This document shows positions 46,374-54,529 of a DNA stretch of 64,000 nt, in pieces; the first letter of the stretch is position 1, and every line of letters begins with the position of its first letter. A program made the translations under genes and the position numbers. The DNA comes from Candidatus Kryptoniota bacterium (GTDB lineage: Bacteria > Bacteroidota > Ignavibacteria > Kryptoniales > JAKASW01), in the NCBI GenBank assembly GCA_046706365.1, contig JBJKPN010000080.1:23644-87643 (forward strand), given 5' to 3'. A model generated the notes under the pieces. The model was given only the letters and a program-made list of their open reading frames with translations, ran no database searches and was not told where the DNA came from.

Positions 46374-46621
46374 TGGAAAAGCTTGCGCTGAAAATACCGA
46401 TGTTGATCTTCTTCCTGGCGGTCGTCTACTACATGTCCGTCGGGTTCGGCGCAGTAGATGCAGTAGTAAGGTCGTTCATGCTGGCTTTCGGAGTGGCCCT
46501 GATTATTCTCGTGTTTACGCTCGTATTGATGTTCTTCCTGACACTCCAGACAAACAGATTAGATGATTCGCAATCTACCGCTCACGACAGTGAGGGAAAG
46601 AAAGTTGAGGTACGCGTATGA
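46373..46621 (+). CDS. 82-aa two-TM hypothetical protein between flhG and fliA
   Basis: Overlaps both neighbours (TAATG and ATGA). Two hydrophobic helices followed by a polar tail. Confidence 0.5.
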   Translation: MEKLALKIPMLIFFLAVVYYMSVGFGAVDAVVRSFMLAFGVALIILVFTLVLMFFLTLQTNRLDDSQSTAHDSEGKKVEVRV

Positions 46622-47346
46622 CTACTCAAGAACTGTGGAAAAAGTATTCCAGGCGAAGAACCGTTGCGGTGAAGAAAGAGCTCGTTCTGGCCTACCTGAG
46701 CCTCGTGAAATTCGCCGCGAGAGCCATAAACCTGCCTTCCCGTTGTGTCTTCAACAACGACGACCTGATAAGTATCGGAATAATCGGGCTGAACGAGGCG
46801 ATAGAGAGATTCGACCCGGGGCGCGGGGTGAAGTTCGAGACTTTCGCCTCACAGAGGATTCGTGGAATCATGCTCGATGAAATCAGGAAGATCGACTGGC
46901 TTCCGAGATCCATCAGGGACAAGTATAAGAAGGCCTCCAAGTCCTTGAGCGAGTTGAACATGGATACCGTCAACGGTGAGAAATACGCGAGGGCGATCAA
47001 CATGAGCGTCAGTGAGTTCGAGCAGATCAAGGGCTATCTCGCGAACGCCGAAGCCGTCTCGCTGACAAGAAGCATCGGTGAGGACATGACTCTCGAGGAC
47101 GTCATCAGCAGCGACAGCGAAGTGATTGAGATGTACGAAGATGCGGAAATGAAAGAACAACTTGTCGTGGCCCTCAAGAAGCTCCCTGAGCGGGAACGGA
47201 TGGTCCTGACCTTGTACTACTACGAGGAACTGACCTTCAAGGAAATCGGGAAGACCCTGGGTATAAGCGAATCCAGAGTTTCCCAGATCCATTCCGAGGT
47301 CATTGCGAAGTTGAAGCAGCTTTTCAAGAAGGAAGTCGAATTATGA
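46618..47346 (+). CDS. fliA: Flagellar sigma factor sigma-28 (FliA/SigD)
   Basis: Region 2 (GIIGLNEAIERFDPGRGVKFETFASQRIRGIMLDEIR), region 3, and region 4 (LPERERMVLTLYYYEELTFKEIGKTLGISESRVSQIHS). Confidence 0.94.
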   Translation: MTTQELWKKYSRRRTVAVKKELVLAYLSLVKFAARAINLPSRCVFNNDDLISIGIIGLNEAIERFDPGRGVKFETFASQRIRGIMLDEIRKIDWLPRSIRDKYKKASKSLSELNMDTVNGEKYARAINMSVSEFEQIKGYLANAEAVSLTRSIGEDMTLEDVISSDSEVIEMYEDAEMKEQLVVALKKLPERERMVLTLYYYEELTFKEIGKTLGISESRVSQIHSEVIAKLKQLFKKEVEL

Positions 47347-48509
47347 TAGAGGTTGGACAATTGACAGACAGGTTATCATCTATAAGAGAGCTTCCTACTT
47401 TTCCCACAACTGCCCTCGAGGTGATGCGCCTCGCGAGCGACTCCGACAGCAGCGCGGCTGAGTTGGCGCAAATCATATCGAAGGACCCTTCCTTGTCGGC
47501 CAGGATACTCCGGGTCGCTAACTCCCCGTTCTATGGGTTTGCAAGGAAGATTTCGACCGTCGAATGGGCGATCGTCGCCCTGGGTTTCGAGACCCTGCGC
47601 GACACGGTCCTTTCTCTCACCCTCATAGACCTGTTCAAGGGGGGAGCAGCCAAGCACTTCGACCCGAGGAGGTTCTGGAAGCATGCCATCGACACGGCAT
47701 CTTCGGCACGTTCTCTCGCGAAGGAGATCAGATTAAGACGCCCCGGGGAAGCTTATGCGGTCGGACTACTTCATGATATCGGGATCCTCGTCCTCTACAA
47801 GTACTTTCCTGACGATTTCGAAGAGATTCAGACGCTCATAGACGAGCAGAGCCTTCCGCAGTCCCAGGCCGAGGCGATCGTCATCGGGACAAATCATGCG
47901 GACGTTGGGGCGTGGCTCGCCGACAAGTGGAATTTCCCGAAGCACTTCGTAGAGGCAATAAGGTATCATCATAATCCTGCGTTCGCCGAAGTCAATCCGC
48001 AGCTGACTGCAGTCGTTCACATTGCAAATCAGATTGCGTCTGCGACGGGTTATTCGTGCTCCGATCTCCCGATAAAGGTGGATCCGACAGCCGTGCAGCT
48101 GCTCGGAATGGATAAGCTCGGTCTCTCATTCAAGGCCCTTGCGGATAAGTACATGACCGACGATTTATCCGCCACGGTGAAGGTCAAAGTTCCGATCTTC
48201 GACTACGCGCTGCAGGAACCGGACCAGGAACAGCCCGAAGATGCGAAGGTGGTAGATACAGCAGAGCTCGATGATGAGACGCTCAAACGCTTCTTCAAAG
48301 ACGCCATTAAACTCCTGCCAGCTATGGAAAGACTGGTCATGACCCTGAAGCTGTACGAGGGACTGGACATGAAGCAGGTAGCGACGGTACTCGGCTATGA
48401 GGAGCCAAGAGTCGCAGAATATTACAAAGGCGCCGTTGCTGCACTTCAGCAAATGGCGGAACGTGCAATACTGACAAACAGGTTGGAACAATGGAAAATG
48501 AAATTCTAA
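47343..48509 (+). CDS. HDOD domain protein with a C-terminal sigma-70 region-4-like HTH (FliA r4 paralogue)
   Basis: HDOD blocks LPTFPTTALEVMRL, SKDPSLSARILRVANSPFYGF, GLLHDIGILV, RYHHNP. An acidic linker follows. The C-terminal LLPAMERLVMTLKLYEGLDMKQVATVLGYEEPRVAEYYKGAVAALQQM aligns without gaps to FliA region 4. ATGA overlap with fliA. Confidence 0.75.
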   Translation: MIEVGQLTDRLSSIRELPTFPTTALEVMRLASDSDSSAAELAQIISKDPSLSARILRVANSPFYGFARKISTVEWAIVALGFETLRDTVLSLTLIDLFKGGAAKHFDPRRFWKHAIDTASSARSLAKEIRLRRPGEAYAVGLLHDIGILVLYKYFPDDFEEIQTLIDEQSLPQSQAEAIVIGTNHADVGAWLADKWNFPKHFVEAIRYHHNPAFAEVNPQLTAVVHIANQIASATGYSCSDLPIKVDPTAVQLLGMDKLGLSFKALADKYMTDDLSATVKVKVPIFDYALQEPDQEQPEDAKVVDTAELDDETLKRFFKDAIKLLPAMERLVMTLKLYEGLDMKQVATVLGYEEPRVAEYYKGAVAALQQMAERAILTNRLEQWKMKF

Positions 48510-49351
48510 AAGAAAAAGTACAAAACATAATACAGCTCCCTGCGTTGCCTACCATTGCGGTGGAGGTAGCGTCGCTGATAGACAACCCGCAGACGAGCGT
48601 ATCGAAGCTGACGGAAGTGATTTCGGCGGACCAGGTGCTGACGGCCAAGGTGCTGAAGATTGCAAATTCTCCGTTCTACGGGTTTCAAAGGAAGATATCG
48701 ACGCTTGATTTTGCGATCATGGTTCTCGGCTTCGATTCACTCAAGGAGATACTGATAAGTATTTCTCTCATCAGCTCGTTCAAGAAGAAACAGGACAAGT
48801 ATTTCGACTCCAAGGAATTCTGGCAGCATGCGCTTGCAACGGGGATTGCCGCCCGCACTCTGGCGAGACAGCTAGGCTACAGGATCAGCGGAGAGTCGTT
48901 CGTGGCGGGGCTTTTGCACGATATCGGGATTTTGGTGACGCACCAGTATTTTCATGACGAGTACAAAAAAATTGTCGGGGCGGTTGACGATGGTAAGTCG
49001 ACTTTTCAGGATATGGAGCAGGTCGTCCTTTTGGCAACGCATGGAGAGATCGGAGGATGGCTGGCAGAACGGTGGAATCTGCCAGAGCAGCTGATAGAGG
49101 CAATCAAGTATCATCACAAGCCGAAACTGGCGGAAAAGAATCCGCAGCTGGCCGCTCTTATCCATTTCGTGGATTATCTGTGCCACAAACTCAAGGTGGG
49201 CGATTTCACATACGAGAAGGTCGACACTTACGATCCTGTCGCGCTTGAAATACTGAACCTGTCTGAGGCGGAGATAACCCAGGCTTTCTATGACTCATTC
49301 GGCACGAAGCTGCGTGAGGATCTGGAACGCACTTATGTGAGTATAATCTAA
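48491..49351 (+). CDS. HDOD domain protein
   Basis: LPALPTIAVEVASL, SADQVLTAKVLKIANSPFYGF, GLLHDIGILV, KYHHKP. No other domain. Confidence 0.85.
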   Translation: MENEILKEKVQNIIQLPALPTIAVEVASLIDNPQTSVSKLTEVISADQVLTAKVLKIANSPFYGFQRKISTLDFAIMVLGFDSLKEILISISLISSFKKKQDKYFDSKEFWQHALATGIAARTLARQLGYRISGESFVAGLLHDIGILVTHQYFHDEYKKIVGAVDDGKSTFQDMEQVVLLATHGEIGGWLAERWNLPEQLIEAIKYHHKPKLAEKNPQLAALIHFVDYLCHKLKVGDFTYEKVDTYDPVALEILNLSEAEITQAFYDSFGTKLREDLERTYVSII

Positions 49352-49371
49352 AGAGGATTCTGGAGAGTTAG

Positions 49372-50775
49372 ATGAGGAAACTTGAGATGGCAGAAGAGGA
49401 AGAAAAGAGCGTGGCCGACAGCACGGTGAACCAAAACGCTGCTGTGGCTATCGAGCGCTTCATGGAGACGCGGGAAAGTTACATCCACGCACTCGAAAGC
49501 ACGATCCGGGCCCTGAAGAACAATATAGATTTTCACGAGCGGGCCGAGAACAACATAAAGCAGTCCCTCGACGAATTGATCGCGATGCAGAGGCTGGGCA
49601 ATACAATTTCAACCGCGACCGACCCCGTTTCGGTAATCGACTCGCTCCTGGATTTGACGCGCCAGGTGATCCCGGTCGACGAAAGCATGATCTTCGAAGT
49701 CGGTACTGAAAAATCCGAAGTGAGGCCGTTCCTGTCGAGTTGTACCAACAACATGATGAAGAACTCCCAGCACCTTCTCGAGGAAGGCATCCTTGACTGG
49801 GTCATCGAGCAGAAGAAGACGACCGTCGTCCCCGATCTGAACTCCTCCCTGGGAGAGGCCGGCGAAAGAACTTTCGTCGTCGTGCCGCTGACCCTCCGGA
49901 ACGAAGCTATAGGAGTGTATATCATCCGGACGGAGAAAGTGGGAAGGTCGCTTTCCGACCACGAGTTGACACTTCTCGGAATTCTCGCCAACCAGGCCGC
50001 CGTCGGCATAGAGAACCTGAGAAACATCGAGAAACTACGCGACGCCGGCGAAGAAGTCAAGAAGTCTCAGGCTCAGATGCTCCATGCTGCGAAACTGGCG
50101 TCCGTCGGCGAGCTCGCGGGCGGCATAGCCCACGAAATAAACAATCCACTGCAAATCCTCCTCGGTCACGTCGCACTGCTATCGCAGGGGAAGGATATCC
50201 AGAACCGGATCGAAATAATAAAGAACCAGGTCCAGCGAATCGCTCAGATCACCAGACAGCTTGTTTCATTTTCCAGGAGCGTGCCCGAGGAGCTTCAGCA
50301 TGAGCTCATCAATGTGAATTGGGCGGTCGACGAGATAGTGACGCTTGTGGATTACGAATTCAAGAACCGGGGGATCGAATTCGACCTGCGTTATTCCCAG
50401 GAATTGCCACCGCTGGAATCGAACAAGAACTACATTCAGCAGGCTTTTTTGAATATTCTTTTGAACGCGAAGGATGCGATGCCGGACGGAGGAAAGATGC
50501 TGGTTGCAACGGAGTTAGCCGACGACAAAATAATCGTGAGATTCTCCGACACAGGAACGGGCATAAAAAGCGAAGACCTTAAGAAGATATTCGATCCGTT
50601 CTTCACAACGAAAGAGCCGGGGAAAGGCACGGGCCTGGGACTGCCGATAACGAGAGGAATTGTCAGAAAATTCGGTGGGGAAATAAAGGTAGAGAGCGTC
50701 CAGGGACGCGGAACGACCTTTTCGATAATGCTACCTTCGAAGAAGCACGCTACCTCACCTCTTGGAGGGAAATGA
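49372..50775 (+). CDS. Cytoplasmic coiled-coil / GAF sensor histidine kinase (no adjacent cognate regulator)
   Basis: GAF-like block (VVVPLTLRNEAIGVYIIRTEK...LLGILANQAAVGIEN); H-box GGIAHEINNPLQ; N/G boxes [26 protein letters not shown]. No TM segment. Confidence 0.9.
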   Translation: MRKLEMAEEEEKSVADSTVNQNAAVAIERFMETRESYIHALESTIRALKNNIDFHERAENNIKQSLDELIAMQRLGNTISTATDPVSVIDSLLDLTRQVIPVDESMIFEVGTEKSEVRPFLSSCTNNMMKNSQHLLEEGILDWVIEQKKTTVVPDLNSSLGEAGERTFVVVPLTLRNEAIGVYIIRTEKVGRSLSDHELTLLGILANQAAVGIENLRNIEKLRDAGEEVKKSQAQMLHAAKLASVGELAGGIAHEINNPLQILLGHVALLSQGKDIQNRIEIIKNQVQRIAQITRQLVSFSRSVPEELQHELINVNWAVDEIVTLVDYEFKNRGIEFDLRYSQELPPLESNKNYIQQAFLNILLNAKDAMPDGGKMLVATELADDKIIVRFSDTGTGIKSEDLKKIFDPFFTTKEPGKGTGLGLPITRGIVRKFGGEIKVESVQGRGTTFSIMLPSKKHATSPLGGK

Positions 50776-51482
50776 TGACAGCACTGCTGATGATGTTGGC
50801 ACCGGACACCACTACGGTGAATATAAAAGCGCTGGTATCGCAGGACATCCGTTCTGCAGCGCTCCACAATCCCACGGCCGCCGGACAGAGTCTGGCGCAG
50901 AGGGTCTTCGGAGTTTCCGAATTTGTCCTGATCCTGGAGCTTGCTTTAATCCTGGTAATGGCGGGAATATTCACGATGCTCGTACTCCGCTATCGAAGAA
51001 TGGCGAAGGAACAAAAAAAGAAGCTGGCCGATGAACAGCGCATGAGCGTCAAGCGTCCCCCCACTATCTCCAAAACCGAGATCGAGAGAATCCTGAACCA
51101 GATCGCAGTCGAGAAGGGCAAGGCTTTTGATGCCGCGCCGGGCAGCTACTATGTAGACAACGAAGGGAAACTGGATTCGGGTGCGGCTATTCACGAGATG
51201 GCAAGAACCAACCGGCTTGAGTCGGAGCGCCTCAACTTCGCAATCTCCTACGCCTCACAGGCGGCCAAGCAAAGCGGATCGAAATTCAAGGAAGCATTCT
51301 CGCTGATAAGCGAAGACTCTGATTTGAACGTCCTCGCACGGCGGCTCAACATGGGGAGAGGAGAACTCGAGCTGATACTCGCTCTGAAGAAGAGCAAGAT
51401 CGCAAACTCAAAATCCTCCGGCGGAAACAATGGGCAGGGCACAGACAGAACGGTCCAGTCACGCGAAAGGAAATTGAAATGA
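50772..51482 (+). CDS. Hypothetical single-TM protein, coupled to the GAF kinase and flgF
   Basis: ATGA overlaps at both ends. TM is FVLILELALILVMAGIFTMLVL, with a charged cytoplasmic region and the C-terminal motif LARRLNMGRGELELILALKKSK. Confidence 0.55.
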   Translation: MMTALLMMLAPDTTTVNIKALVSQDIRSAALHNPTAAGQSLAQRVFGVSEFVLILELALILVMAGIFTMLVLRYRRMAKEQKKKLADEQRMSVKRPPTISKTEIERILNQIAVEKGKAFDAAPGSYYVDNEGKLDSGAAIHEMARTNRLESERLNFAISYASQAAKQSGSKFKEAFSLISEDSDLNVLARRLNMGRGELELILALKKSKIANSKSSGGNNGQGTDRTVQSRERKLK

Positions 51483-52228
51483 TAAGAGGAATATATACAA
51501 GTGCGCTGGGACTTATACCTCTCCAGAAGCAGCTCGAAGTCATTGCCAATAATCTGGCAAATGTCAACACGACGGGTTTCAAGAGAGACGATGCGTTCAC
51601 TAATCAGCTTATCTCGGCAAACGAACTTTTCAAAAACGGTACCGTGGACCCCGGTGAGAGCAACCTGAAGGAGCAAACGTACACCGACTTCTCCCAGGGC
51701 CCTCTTCAGCAGACAAACAACCCGCTGGATGTGGCACTGAGCGGCACGGGTTTCTTCGCCGTACAGACAGGCCAGGGGGTCATGCTGACGCGCGACGGGT
51801 CGTTTACACTTTCTACGGACGGCACTCTCGTTACGCGCGACGGATATCAGGTAATGGGTCTGAACGGACCGATCAGGATTTCCGATATTCAAAACTTGCA
51901 GAGCAGCCACCTCGTCATCGACCAGAACGGCGTCGTGAAGGCGGGCAACCAAATCTACGGGCAGATCGAGGTCGTCACCCCGACCAACCTTGCTGAACTC
52001 GCAAAGGCGGGCTCCAACCTCTATGAGATGAAAAATGGCGGAATGCTGGAAGAAGTAAACCCGTCCGTCACGCAGGTGAAGCAGGGCTACCTGGAAGGAT
52101 CGAACGTCAACCCGATCGATGAAATGGTCGCCATGATTCAACTTCAATCGAATTTCGAAGCGGGGCAGAAGGCAATCGACAGCCAGAACACCTCGCTAAG
52201 CGATGCAAATCAGGTAGGACAGGTATGA
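51479..52228 (+). CDS. flgF: Flagellar proximal rod protein FlgF
   Basis: MIRGIYTSALGL...EVIANNLANVNTTGFKRD at the N-terminus and GYLEGSNVNPIDEMVAMIQLQSNFEA at the C-terminus. Confidence 0.9.
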   Translation: MIRGIYTSALGLIPLQKQLEVIANNLANVNTTGFKRDDAFTNQLISANELFKNGTVDPGESNLKEQTYTDFSQGPLQQTNNPLDVALSGTGFFAVQTGQGVMLTRDGSFTLSTDGTLVTRDGYQVMGLNGPIRISDIQNLQSSHLVIDQNGVVKAGNQIYGQIEVVTPTNLAELAKAGSNLYEMKNGGMLEEVNPSVTQVKQGYLEGSNVNPIDEMVAMIQLQSNFEAGQKAIDSQNTSLSDANQVGQV

Positions 52229-52360
52229 ACGGGTTAAACCGGGTCTCGCCTGATGTCAAAACGCCGACCGGTTCGGCACAACCGATCGGGGTCACGTAAT
52301 GAGGTATGATGAGCGAATGGCAGGAAGAATTTATTTGAGAATCACTAACCGGAGGGAAAT

Positions 52361-53152
52361 ATGGACAGAGCACTGAGGACTGCTGCGACAGGTATGTATG
52401 CGCAGCAGCTGAACGTAGATGCGATTGCGAACAATCTCGCCAACGTGAACACAACGGCTTTCAAAGAAACACGGGTCGAATTTCAGGACCTTATGTATCA
52501 GACAATTCGGGCGACAGGAGTTCCCGAACAAAACGGCGTTGCGGCACCCGCAGAACTTGAAGTCGGCGACGGAACAGTTCCGTCATCGACGACGAGAGAC
52601 TTCACCCAGGGCGAGCTGACGCCGACTCAGAACCAGTTGGATTTTGCAATACAGGGAGACGGATTTTTCACCGTGAGGATGCCCGACGGCACCGAGGCCT
52701 ACACGCGCGACGGTTCCTTCAAAGTCTCCGGAGACGGCAACCTCGTCACGTCCGACGGGTACCTTGTCGAGCCGGGATTCACGATCCCTCAGGACACCAC
52801 GAGCCTTTCCGTATCGACTGACGGCACCATGACGGCTACGGTGTCAGGCCAGACCAATCCCGTAACTCTCGGCCAACTGCAGCTTACAAAGTTTGTCAAT
52901 CCGGCCGGCCTCCATGGCATAGGCAACAACCTGTACCAGCAGACCGTCGCTTCCGGCACCCCGATACTCGGCAACGGCAACACGACAGGTTTCGGTCAAA
53001 TCGAGCAGGGCTACCTGGAATCTTCAAATGTTTCCATAGTCACCGAGATGGTGAAAATGATCGAAGCGGAGAGAGCATACGAGCTGAACTCCAAAGCGAT
53101 CCAGACAGCCAACACGATGATGCAGCTGGCAGATAATATCAAGACCTCGTAA
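52361..53152 (+). CDS. flgG: Flagellar distal rod protein FlgG
   Basis: RALRTAATGMYAQQLNVDAIANNLANVNTTAFK at the N-terminus and GYLESSNVSIVTEMVKMIEAERAYELNSKAI at the C-terminus. GGAGGG RBS. Confidence 0.94.
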   Translation: MDRALRTAATGMYAQQLNVDAIANNLANVNTTAFKETRVEFQDLMYQTIRATGVPEQNGVAAPAELEVGDGTVPSSTTRDFTQGELTPTQNQLDFAIQGDGFFTVRMPDGTEAYTRDGSFKVSGDGNLVTSDGYLVEPGFTIPQDTTSLSVSTDGTMTATVSGQTNPVTLGQLQLTKFVNPAGLHGIGNNLYQQTVASGTPILGNGNTTGFGQIEQGYLESSNVSIVTEMVKMIEAERAYELNSKAIQTANTMMQLADNIKTS

Positions 53153-53168
53153 GGAAGCGGATAATAAA

Positions 53169-53879
53169 ATGAGAAGCGTTGGCTCTTTGTTTCTAGTATT
53201 GATCAGTGTCTTTATCGTCGGCTCGGCAGCCGCCCAGGCACAGTCGGTGACCGGTGAGCGTGTAAAGAACGCGGTAGCCGACTATATCAGGAAGGCATCG
53301 AACTCGTCAATTGAAACGTCTCTTCAGTTCGAGCAGCTCAAGTCAAGCTACGCGGTAGGGTACAAGGATGTGAAGCTGGAGGTCACCTCTGCCAACTCGG
53401 TGTCCCTGAAAGGGCTCGTTACGTTTCTCGTAAAAGCCCTCCCGGCCGGACGGGAAAACGGGTTTACGCAGATAATTCCGGTAACCGTCAAGATCAGAAC
53501 GTTCCAGGATGTCCTCGTCTCCACGCAGACTATTCAGCCGAACACGGAGATCAGTCCGGACCAGGTGAGCTCGGTCAGAACGGAGACAACGGATATCATG
53601 AATCCGGTATCCGGCCTCAGCCAGCTCAAAGGCCAGTGGAGTTCGAGGTGGATACAGAGCGGGAAGGCACTGACATTCGACATGTTCGCTCCTATGCCGC
53701 TCGTCAAGTATGGAGACAACGTGACGATTGTGGTGAGGTCAAATAACATAGTGGTCAGCGACCAGGGAACTTCGCTTCAAAACGGTACGCTTGGCCAGAT
53801 CATAAGAGTAACAAACGAATACAAGGACAACCTTCGCGGCAAAGTCATAGCCAAAGGCGAAGTCCTCCTTGTGAATTGA
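53169..53879 (+). CDS. flgA: P-ring assembly chaperone FlgA
   Basis: Signal peptide, SAF-like and FlgA C-terminal block (GDNVTIVVRSNNIVVSDQGTSLQNGTLGQIIRVTN). Position before flgH. Confidence 0.85.
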   Translation: MRSVGSLFLVLISVFIVGSAAAQAQSVTGERVKNAVADYIRKASNSSIETSLQFEQLKSSYAVGYKDVKLEVTSANSVSLKGLVTFLVKALPAGRENGFTQIIPVTVKIRTFQDVLVSTQTIQPNTEISPDQVSSVRTETTDIMNPVSGLSQLKGQWSSRWIQSGKALTFDMFAPMPLVKYGDNVTIVVRSNNIVVSDQGTSLQNGTLGQIIRVTNEYKDNLRGKVIAKGEVLLVN

Positions 53880-53930
53880 AGAATGACAGAACGAATTAAC
53901 GGAAATAGATTTTAGGATGGAGTTGATATT

Positions 53931-54521
53931 ATGAAGAGGCTCGAAGTGAGGGCACTGTTTTTATTTTCTGCTGTCGCGTTCCTGATTGCAGGGACCGCTT
54001 ATGGCCAGGTTATGCAAAATCCGGGCAATTCGCTGTTTTCAGATTACAAAGCGTACAGGGTGGGCGATGCAGTCACCGTTGTGGTTATGGAACAAACTTC
54101 AGCATCGAAGGATGCCTCCACAAATACGAGCAGGCAGAGCACCATCGGTGCGAACGGCTCTGCATCGTACGGTACCGCCAGCACGCCTTCAGGCGGCCTT
54201 ACTCTCGGGACTGACAATGAATTCAAGGGCGCGGGCTCGACCAGCGAGACCGGCAGCGTCCAAACAACGTTGAGCGCACGGGTCGTCAAGGTGGACCGGT
54301 ACGGCAACCTGGAAATCCAGGGAAGCCGACTGATTTCCATAAACGGTCAGGAGCAGCTGCTGAAGCTCAGTGGAACCATCCGGCCGTCCGATATTCAGCC
54401 GGATAATTCGATACTCTCTTCCCAGATTGCAGACGCCAAGATCGTATTTGAAGGGTCCGGGTCGATAAACCAGTCTCAGGGCCCGGGATGGCTGACTAAA
54501 CTTTTTCACTGGCTGTTTTGA
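53931..54521 (+). CDS. flgH: Flagellar L-ring protein FlgH (no Cys, so probably not lipidated)
   Basis: SLFSDYKAYRVGDAVTVVVME, LSARVVKVDRYGNLEIQGSRLISINGQEQLLKLSGTIRPSDI, GWLTKLF. Confidence 0.92.
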   Translation: MKRLEVRALFLFSAVAFLIAGTAYGQVMQNPGNSLFSDYKAYRVGDAVTVVVMEQTSASKDASTNTSRQSTIGANGSASYGTASTPSGGLTLGTDNEFKGAGSTSETGSVQTTLSARVVKVDRYGNLEIQGSRLISINGQEQLLKLSGTIRPSDIQPDNSILSSQIADAKIVFEGSGSINQSQGPGWLTKLFHWLF

Positions 54522-54529
54522 GGTCTATC

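Noticed and set aside
51248-52147. 299-aa minus-strand ORF opposite flgF
   Set aside because: It is a shadow ORF; flgF has canonical rod N- and C-terminal signatures.
52229-52360. 132-nt flgF-flgG spacer with the hairpin gccga-ccggt-tcggc (52263-52277) and the palindrome ccgatcgg
   Set aside because: The stem is only 5 bp with no U-tract, and no convincing promoter motif is present. This is too weak to call.
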